A DNA stretch of 61,055 nucleotides, the filler included, from Barthelona sp. PAP020 (taxonomy: Eukaryota), in the NCBI GenBank assembly GCA_040182905.1. It is 4 parts of 4 records of this genome, joined end to end, with 100 filler letters (N's around TTAATTAATTAA, not from the genome) between each part and the next. Parts side by side here need not be neighbours in the genome. Positions count along the whole stretch, not along the records: positions 45,940 to 61,055 come from JARQWU010000289.1; 3 more parts are not named here. One strand, 5' to 3'. A program made the position numbers and the translations under genes. The notes beneath the pieces are model-generated. The model was not told where the DNA came from. It made no database searches and saw nothing but the letters and a program-made list of their open reading frames with translations. This document shows positions 53,076 to 61,055 of the stretch, in pieces; positions within the stretch are counted from its first letter, which is position 1, and every line of letters begins with the position of its first letter.

Positions 53076-54476
53076 ATGTCTGAATCTTTGATTATTAATA
53101 TAGAAAACAATTTGAAAGAGTTAACAAATCAATATAGTGAAACTCATGAAAATTTTCATACTTCAGAAGCCAAACATTTATATCATTCTTTGATTGAATA
53201 TAGGTCCATGTTATTGAATAGTGACTTTAGTCCTACCGAAATTGTCAAATACAAGGATAATTTACAAAAAGTGTTGGGTTTGGTCAATGAAATTTCCAAG
53301 GTTTTTGATGATTATGAAGCTTCTATCGTTTGTTGTTTTGGAAAACAACAAGTTGTTGATTCTTGTGGTCGTATTGAGAGGGAATTGGATGAATTATTCA
53401 CGGAGATGCAATTAATTTTACCACACACTGCTAGAATTAGAAGCGATTCTCATACTCATGTTCATTCTCATTTGCACACTGTTCCTGATAGGACTCCTTC
53501 TCGTGGAGTAATTTTACAAGCTGGACATCATTTGGGCTATGATTTGACTATTCCAGATACTTTTGTTTGGCCAAATAAAAATCCTTTGGATGTTATTCGT
53601 CTCTTTCAAGAAGGCACTTTAGATTTATCCGAATGTTATGTTACGTTGGATTCTTTGAGTGATATGGTTCATATTATTGAAAATGGTAAAGTGCAAGAAA
53701 TAAAATTGCCTTGGAGTGTTATTCCCCCGGTAAAATTTGATTCTGTTGTAGAATTTGTGAAAGAATCTATGAAACCATTTCCCATGAGCACTTGGAGAAT
53801 TGATTTAGATTATGCCAGATTTGATACCACCAAATTTGAATTGTTTTGTTTAGTATTGCCTCAATTTCAAGAACTTTCAACATTTGCTTTTTCTCATAAC
53901 CATTTTGGTCCAACAGGAGTTTTCTTTATCAGTGAAGCACTTGCACGTTGTCCTTCTCTTGTTGAACTGACTCTCAGTCATAATGATATCAATGATGATT
54001 CTGTTTGTCATCTTGCCAAATTATTATCTACAAGTTTGAGTTTGGAAAAAATTGACTTCTCTCATAATGATATTGGTCATAATGGAATGGAAGTTTTGGC
54101 AGAATCAATCAAAGGACTTATTCATTTGAATGAAGTTAAGTTTTCCCATAATCCTTTAGGTTGTGAAGGTGTTGCTTCCTTGGCTTTGGCTTTGAGAAGC
54201 AGTGATAAATTGAGAATATTGGAGCTATCACATGTAAATTTATTGAGTTGTGGTTTAGTTGAGTTGGCTGATAGTCTTGAAGGATGGAAGCATCTGTTTA
54301 GCATGGATCTGAGTGAAAATGAGATTGATTCATTTGTAGCGAAGGATCTCTTCAAAAATATGTTAAATCATCCTGCTTTATCCAGATTGAATCTTGTTGA
54401 AAATGATATTGATGAAAAAACTGTTGGTTGGATGGTTCAGAACAGACCAAGAAAGTTATCAATGCTTCAAACGTAG
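53076..54476 (+). CDS. RNI-like leucine-rich repeat protein with N-terminal helical domain
   Basis: About seven 28-aa repeats of the form L..L.LS.N.I. Confidence 0.88.
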   Translation: MSESLIINIENNLKELTNQYSETHENFHTSEAKHLYHSLIEYRSMLLNSDFSPTEIVKYKDNLQKVLGLVNEISKVFDDYEASIVCCFGKQQVVDSCGRIERELDELFTEMQLILPHTARIRSDSHTHVHSHLHTVPDRTPSRGVILQAGHHLGYDLTIPDTFVWPNKNPLDVIRLFQEGTLDLSECYVTLDSLSDMVHIIENGKVQEIKLPWSVIPPVKFDSVVEFVKESMKPFPMSTWRIDLDYARFDTTKFELFCLVLPQFQELSTFAFSHNHFGPTGVFFISEALARCPSLVELTLSHNDINDDSVCHLAKLLSTSLSLEKIDFSHNDIGHNGMEVLAESIKGLIHLNEVKFSHNPLGCEGVASLALALRSSDKLRILELSHVNLLSCGLVELADSLEGWKHLFSMDLSENEIDSFVAKDLFKNMLNHPALSRLNLVENDIDEKTVGWMVQNRPRKLSMLQT

Positions 54477-54789
54477 AATTATTTAATGCATGGGATATTG
54501 AGAAGTATTTATTCGCTGTTTTGTTCAACTTGGTTTTCTGTATTCTTTTTATCCTTGAAAACAAAAAAAAATAGAGTTTTTTGTATTTTTGTATTGTAAA
54601 TTAATGAATTTTTTTGGTGTTTTTGGTATTATCATTGAAATTTTGGTTCTATGAGAAAAAAAAGTTTTAATGGTTGAATGTTGTTGATTAGTCTCTTTTC
54701 CCACATAAAATGACGTCTTGACAAGTGGACAAGGCTAGAAATTTTGGAAAAATTTAATTTCAATTCAAAAACAAAACAAACATTTATTT

Positions 54790-55977
54790 CTAATCAAAAA
54801 TCCCTCTTTTTGTGGAAAATTTCAAAACAATTTTTGCAATTCTGGAATCACAAGCAGAATAATGAATGACAAAGGTATTTCTGTCCTTGCTTTCATCTAA
54901 ATACGCTAAAGAGTTTGTATACACCTTGTTATTAACACGACCTTTATATTCTTCCTTTGTGCAACTTTCCCAATCTTCTTCAACAAAAATAATTGGTTCA
55001 TCAGACCTAGAAAGGACTTCAGTTGGGTCATTCCCATTTAAAACAACAAATCCAATGGAATTTTGGAATTCATCATTATCCAATTTTCCATATGCATTAT
55101 AAAGTACTAACCAATTTCCATCATTCATTCTTAAAGGTGTTGGTCCAGGTTCTACTCTTTCACTATCAAAACGTCCTTTTCTAGGAGCTATCAAAATACT
55201 TGTGGTTTCATTCCAGATTGATCCAAATGCTGTGCTTTCAGCAAATGATATGCTTGAATTATCTCTGGGAGTATATATTAAATATCTGTACTCATCGTTA
55301 CTTTTCAGTCTTGTTAATGAAGGATATTTCCCAGGAATAAATACACTTGTGTAAGGAGTAAAATAATCATTCTCCAAATTGAACAGACTTCCATATTTAA
55401 CAAAAGTCTTTGGAATTCCACTGTTAGATTCTGCTAATTTAATGGTAAAAACACCATCAGTGTAACCTGTATACACTAAATAATAGGTACCATCAATATA
55501 ACTTATTGTGGGATCACAATCGTTTGTTTCTTTCTTGGTTTCAAACAATTTCACAAACTGATCGGTTAATTTATGTTCATTTGAATCATCAAAATATGCA
55601 AAATATATGTCATTATCAGATAAATAAAAATTCCAACATTCTAAAATTAATGATTCAATCTCATTATTATTAATGTCTTTATATTTAAGATAAGTGGGAG
55701 AAGATAAATAGTAACATGGAGAATCTTTATTTTGAGGATAATTTGATAATAATTGTTTGGTTTCAACAACAGTAAAAGTAGTTTGATAATGTAACTTTGC
55801 AACTAAATATACTGTCACTGTTACAAATATTATCAATACAATTATTGACCAAAAATGCATGGAATGTAACAATCTATTCACCAAACTCTTTGTTTGATGA
55901 TCTTCAAAAGGTAAAATTTCCTTTTCATATATTTCATTTTCTTCTTCTTCCAAAATACTAAGATTTTGATAGCTCAT
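54790..55977 (-). CDS. Membrane-anchored GH130-like five-bladed beta-propeller
   Basis: YYLVYTGY, PRKGRFDSERVEPGPTP, WLVLYNA, DPTEVLSRSDEP, GRVNNKVY, YSACDS; N-terminal TM. Confidence 0.8.
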   Translation of the reverse strand: MSYQNLSILEEEENEIYEKEILPFEDHQTKSLVNRLLHSMHFWSIIVLIIFVTVTVYLVAKLHYQTTFTVVETKQLLSNYPQNKDSPCYYLSSPTYLKYKDINNNEIESLILECWNFYLSDNDIYFAYFDDSNEHKLTDQFVKLFETKKETNDCDPTISYIDGTYYLVYTGYTDGVFTIKLAESNSGIPKTFVKYGSLFNLENDYFTPYTSVFIPGKYPSLTRLKSNDEYRYLIYTPRDNSSISFAESTAFGSIWNETTSILIAPRKGRFDSERVEPGPTPLRMNDGNWLVLYNAYGKLDNDEFQNSIGFVVLNGNDPTEVLSRSDEPIIFVEEDWESCTKEEYKGRVNNKVYTNSLAYLDESKDRNTFVIHYSACDSRIAKIVLKFSTKRGIFD

Positions 55978-56466
55978 GATGTGCAATCAAAAAGAAAAAA
56001 AAATATGTTTTTTTTTATTTGGTAATTTTATTCATTGCATTTTTATAATGAAATAATTACCTTGAACATTTTGGAAATAGCAACCTTTGCATCAATTTTT
56101 GGACAGATTTTCTTTTTGTATTTATATAATATTTCTATTTTATTTAATTGAATATGGAAAATAAAAGGGTATTCAACAGATTTTTTTGGGAGTTCAACAA
56201 GAATTATCTTTTGATACAAAAAATTTCTGGCAAACATAATATTTGTACCACCCTAGACGTCGAAGTAAATAATAAAATGTCAAAACTCAAAAAAACAGCC
56301 ATTTGGTGGTGTTTCTTTTCTTCAAATTTCTTTACAAAGGAAAATTCTACATTTTGACATAAAATTGTTATATATAAACCTTATTGGGGTTGAATATTTT
56401 TTGTTTGAACTATTTCAAGTGTTTTTTGATAGTATTAATTTTTATTTTTTGAAACAAATTATATTT

Positions 56467-58107
56467 ATGTCTGAAGATGAGCTAAATATTGAAAATTCAA
56501 TGTTTGATGATTTGTTTTCAAATTCTCCAACAACAATTAATTATGAATACGAAATTAATGCAAGGCATACAAAATCAAAGAGTAACGATTCTTTAAATTT
56601 GTCCAAGTCTGCATCTGAAGCAAGACTTTATTTTCCAGTTGTTCAAATTCGTCATAAATCTGAAGCCATATCATTTGAGGATGAATCTTCAATTGATCAT
56701 AGTCTTTTATCTGTATTACCACCCGAAATATCGGCTTCAATTTCATCGTTGGTACATGGAGCTGCATCTCCGTCTTTTTCGGATATGTTTGATGATAGAC
56801 TTAGTGATTGTACTGAAAAGTTCCGGGTCGATGATTTTCAACAAGATTCACATAGTAATCAAGAGCTTAATTTAAAAGATGATAACTCAGGAAAATCATT
56901 GGATTGTTTGGAAATTGAAACTGATAAAATCATTTCAAACGGTGATATTGATGAAGTTGAATTATCTCTTGTAACTAAAGATGTACTTGAGCTATCAAAA
57001 GACAATGAAGATAATTTTAGTGAAAATATTGCTGTTTCCAATGAATATTTTGATGGTAATATCAGGGAGAGTGAACCATCTGGTTTTTCTGAGGATGTGT
57101 CAATTGAATTGAAAAAAATCGATGATGTTTCAACAAATAGTGTTGATGATACTTTGACTAAACCCATTAAAGCAGAGGTTTATTCAAGAGGAAATTCAAC
57201 AGACTCAATGGATTTTATTTCACCCGATAGTTCTAGTTCGCTAAGTATTCGTGTTGAGAGTATTGATTTTGGTGATACTAACTCTAACCCTCAGAAGGTT
57301 TCACCAACTGTTGATGTTAAAGGAGTGAAAAACAACGATAATTTATCCATGTTTGTTGTGGTTGAGAATATTGAAACTTTTCAGAACGATGAAGCGATTG
57401 AATCGGATGAACTTCCAATGGTTGTTTCTTTTGAAGGTGATATAAAACAAAAAAACTCTGCAAAGGATTTTATTGATTTTAATATTACAACAGAAAATAG
57501 TCAACCACAAGATAAGGGAGAGAAAGAATCGAAAGAAGAAGTATTTATCCACGAAAACAGTTGTGAAGCCTTAAATAATGAAGATGTTTCTGAATCAAAT
57601 GAGGTAATGATTGAATCACGCACTGAAAACCCTAGTGACGCTCATTGTGAAAATGAAAGTTTTGAAAGCAGTGAGGAAAATGATTCCAATGATCTTGATG
57701 AATTTTTTGACCTATTGAGTGTCGAAGAATATGATATTGTTGAGGACTATGATGTTGGTGATCAAGATTTTCTTTTTGAAAAGGCTCCTTTACTTTTTGG
57801 AATGTATGGGAGATCTGAAGGCAAAGAATTTGTTGATAATATGATGTTTGAGATTGAAGACGAAATTAGAATGTCAGTTATTGTTTTAAACAAGTCTGAA
57901 AACGATATTGAAGATGTTTTATGTTTTAAAGACAACCAAATTAAAGCAGAAATTCATATTCCTCCCTCTGTTATTCAAGAAAATTTGAATTTAATAACCA
58001 GAAATGTCCCTGAAAGTTTAATAGAAGAAAGTTTGGAAAATTTTTCGGTTTTTACTTTTGAACAATATCTGAAAGTGGTTGATATGTTTTTGAAATCAAA
58101 CGTTTGA
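56467..58107 (+). CDS. Acidic low-complexity hypothetical protein
   Basis: About 546 aa D/E/S/N-rich ORF from the ATG at 56467. Confidence 0.7.
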   Translation: MSEDELNIENSMFDDLFSNSPTTINYEYEINARHTKSKSNDSLNLSKSASEARLYFPVVQIRHKSEAISFEDESSIDHSLLSVLPPEISASISSLVHGAASPSFSDMFDDRLSDCTEKFRVDDFQQDSHSNQELNLKDDNSGKSLDCLEIETDKIISNGDIDEVELSLVTKDVLELSKDNEDNFSENIAVSNEYFDGNIRESEPSGFSEDVSIELKKIDDVSTNSVDDTLTKPIKAEVYSRGNSTDSMDFISPDSSSSLSIRVESIDFGDTNSNPQKVSPTVDVKGVKNNDNLSMFVVVENIETFQNDEAIESDELPMVVSFEGDIKQKNSAKDFIDFNITTENSQPQDKGEKESKEEVFIHENSCEALNNEDVSESNEVMIESRTENPSDAHCENESFESSEENDSNDLDEFFDLLSVEEYDIVEDYDVGDQDFLFEKAPLLFGMYGRSEGKEFVDNMMFEIEDEIRMSVIVLNKSENDIEDVLCFKDNQIKAEIHIPPSVIQENLNLITRNVPESLIEESLENFSVFTFEQYLKVVDMFLKSNV

Positions 58108-58275
58108 TTTAGAACTTTTTTGTTCTATTGTATAAATTCTGTTACCAACTCCATTTTTTTTTTTTGGTTGTTGCAATTGCAAACCTTCAATTTTAGAAAC
58201 ATTTTGTCTGAATAGAAGTGAAAATAGAATTCAAACTGGTTAAAGCACTTGAAAAAAAATCATAGGACTAGTTAT

Positions 58276-58992
58276 TTATAGATAATGAGGCATACTTTGG
58301 TCAATGACCTTTGGTTTTTTAATCTTTTCAATATTTTTCATCAACAAATCATAAATCAACAAATAATTGTTCCTTAAATCAGTTGAAGCCAATCTTAACT
58401 GAATAAAATGTTTTTCATCCAATTCAAAAACTGCTTGTTGGTAATCAAGCAATTTTGGATACTTATAAGCCTTGCTGATTAATTTTCCTCTGGTTATGTG
58501 ATATTTAGTCATATGTTCCAACAATTCAAAAGCATTGTCTTCACTGCTGGCTAATTCTTGCAAAACAGTGGTTTGAACTGCTGCACCAAAATTATCACCA
58601 TGATCTAAAGGTGGAATTAACAATTGTATCCAAGTTTTAATCTGTGTTAAGACTTCAACAAACTTGAATATTTCATTCTTTACTAATTGAGTAACTTCAG
58701 CAATTTTAGGATTAATGGGTACTTCATTGGGACAATAATTTGATTTCAATCCAACAGATTGATTTTCAATGTCTGAAGAAGTTCTGGTTCTTTCATAAGA
58801 AAAAATATTCAAATCAATAGCAGTGTTTAATTGTTCAGCATTGAATAATCCCTGTTCTTCACAAATTTTTTTGTACAAAACAGATAAATCAGTGATGTGT
58901 TTTGGAATAGTTTTTGTCAATGTATTATCTGCAATTTCATTGATTTCTTCATGTATTTTTTCAATTTCTGGATCTCTTTTGGGTTCTTTCAT
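58276..58992 (-). CDS. Proteasome activator PA28/REG
   Basis: WIQLLIP...NFG, YHITRGKLISK..KYP...DY, LRNNY..IYDLLMKNIEKIKKPK. Confidence 0.92.
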   Translation of the reverse strand: MKEPKRDPEIEKIHEEINEIADNTLTKTIPKHITDLSVLYKKICEEQGLFNAEQLNTAIDLNIFSYERTRTSSDIENQSVGLKSNYCPNEVPINPKIAEVTQLVKNEIFKFVEVLTQIKTWIQLLIPPLDHGDNFGAAVQTTVLQELASSEDNAFELLEHMTKYHITRGKLISKAYKYPKLLDYQQAVFELDEKHFIQLRLASTDLRNNYLLIYDLLMKNIEKIKKPKVIDQSMPHYL

Positions 58993-59171
58993 AATAAAAT
59001 TAGAAATGAAGAATTTCTTTTGCTTGATCAAAAATTCAAATTTATTGATTGTCAACAATAAACACATTTAATAGTTACATCCTTTTTATAAAATAAAGGA
59101 CAGAAAAGGATGAATTTTTGAAATGGGTTTTTGGGTCGCCAAAATTTCTAAATCTTCAACCTGTTTATTTG

Positions 59172-61055
59172 ATGCAAGAAGCCTGTATAATTCAAGTAAC
59201 AATATTAAATATCTATTTTCTGACTTTTTAGATTGAACATTTGACTGACCTAATAGTGTACCAACATGAACTATTCTTGAAGGTTAAAAAAGAGTATAAT
59301 GATTTATCGAACACATATATGAAATTAAAAAAGGATTCAAAAGAACAATTATGCGACAAATTGAATTTAAAAAAAAAATTATCCATATTGGAGAAAGAAT
59401 TTGATTTCAATTCTTTAAAATTAGCTGAATTATCTGAATCTAGAATAGAATCAGAACTGATAGTAAAAAATTTGCAAGAATATTGTGATGAAATGAAAAA
59501 GGTCTTGACTCAAAAGAATAGGGAAATCAAACAATTAAAGACAAATCAAAACGAAGATAATATATTAAAGGATAATACAAATGAAGAAGAATTAGTTTTT
59601 GAAGACATAAAATCAGAGAACATTTATTTGCAAAACTTTCTAAAAGAAATTTCCAAAGAATTTTTTTGTTTAGACAATGAAAAAATTGATAAGGATGCTA
59701 TTGAAATGATAAAGGATGAATTAATCAAATCTCAAGAAAAAACAAGTTCTTTATTAAGTTCCTTTGATGAATCACAAAGAATAACACAAATATTGAAAGA
59801 AGATATCATTAATTTGGAGGAAACAAATGAGAATTTAAGAGTTGAAAATACTTCGATATTTATTGAAAATGAAAATTTGTGCAATGAGAAAGAGTGTTTG
59901 AATAACCGATTAAATAATTTGCATAATGAGTTAAGTAAAAGGAATGAAGAAATCAGTCAATTATCTACGATTAAAAATCATTTTGATGATGAAATAAGAA
60001 AGTTAAATGAAGAAATGGTTAAAATGAGTACAGTAATTGATAATTTAATGAAGGAAATCCAAAAGAAAGATGAGGAAATTTTAGAAAAAGAAAGATTATA
60101 CAATGAATTTTTTGAAATAAATGAAAATTTGATCAAAAAGTTTGAAAAATTGAACAAAAAGTATTTGAAATTAAAGGAAAAGTATGAGAATTCAGTTGAA
60201 GAAATCCTAAGTTATCAATTAACAAATGCTGATAATGAACAACAAATTATTGAAATAAAGGAATTAGAAAATCAATTGAATGGGTTGAAATTGATTCTTG
60301 AACAAAAAAATCAAGATTTGAAAAAGTTTGCTGATGAATTTTTTGAAATGCAAAAAAGAGAAAAACATTATGAAGTATTGAAAAAAAATCATCAATCAGA
60401 ATCTGTTATTTTTAATGAAATGAAACAAAAATATGATTTAAATATAAAACTTTTTGATGAAAAATCCAAAAATTATGAAAGTGACATTGAAAGTTTGATG
60501 AATGATATCAAAAATAAAGATGAATTGATAAAAACCAAAGAAGATTTGATCAAAGAATATGAAGAAAAGATAGAAGCATATGAAGTTGAAATTCAAGATT
60601 TGGAAGTTTCAATTGATACTGTTAAACGATCATTTGATAATTTTTCAGCCGAGTTAGATCGTTTTGATGTACGTTATAAAAAGTTAGAAAAAAAATATGA
60701 AGAAAAAGAAAAAGAAGTCAAAATTTTGAAGGAAATAAACAATAATTTTCAGCAAAAGAATAAAAATTTGATTGAATTTATTAATGAAAGTATGATTAAA
60801 GATATTGTTGATGATATTTTACATCGAGTTGATACAAGTATTTATTTGAAGAAAATTGCAGATATTGAAGAAGTAATACAATGTAAGGAAATAATGATTA
60901 ATAATTCTGAGATAACAATAGATAATTTAAAGTTAACTGTTAATGAAAGACAAAATCAATTAGAAAAAAGTCAAAAAGTCACTAAAAATTTATTATTAAA
61001 TCAAAGTAGATATAATAGGTTAGAAATACAAAATGATCGTTTGAAAGATTCAGTA
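59172..61055 (+). CDS. Long coiled-coil protein, 3'-truncated; probable exons 59172-59195 and 59232-end
   Basis: E/K/N-rich frame open from 59232 toward the window end; missing from the ORF track, consistent with having no stop. Confidence 0.75.
59196..59231 (+). other. Candidate spliceosomal intron, 36 nt
   Basis: GTAACA...TTCTGAC-TTTTTAG joins the ATG at 59172 in frame to the long ORF. Confidence 0.55.

Noticed and set aside
54429..54444. 16-nt match between the LRR gene end and repeat A copy 1 (reverse strand)
   Set aside because: Does not extend on either side; treated as chance
842..59410. Many short ORFs nested in or antisense to long genes
   Set aside because: Shadow frames of real genes with no independent motifs

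Overview
This is AT-rich, gene-dense eukaryotic (protist) genomic DNA read with the standard code. The window is four unrelated contigs (15271, 15236, 15132 and 15116 nt, size-sorted) joined by artificial N44-TTAATTAATTAA-N44 spacers, so adjacency across spacers has no biological meaning. Contigs 1, 3 and 4 carry mostly housekeeping genes: V-ATPase F, a divergent actin, DDX49, CAP-D2, S28 peptidase, BUB3, GRWD1, SPFH, WBP1, LSM14, ATG9, an ARL, Sec61-gamma, RAD54B-like, TMEM192 and PA28. They also carry a bacterial-type fused CoaBC and a GH130-like protein. Genes are nearly intronless. Two genes that the ORF track truncates or misses (LSM14, Sec61-gamma) each hold an intron of exactly 42 nt with the branch motif at the same position, and a third 36-nt candidate keeps the same CTRAY-N5-AG spacing. 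Contig 2 looks accessory. It holds a tRNA-Ser, dispersed repeats, a hairpin-dense GC-richer block and a 79-nt element duplicated on both sides of a pseudokinase-ankyrin gene with a variable repeat array. It ends with two tandem paralogous ORFs of an unknown family, each broken by one stop. A metamonad-like anaerobe is a plausible but unproven source. All protein calls come from motif recognition by eye, not database searches.
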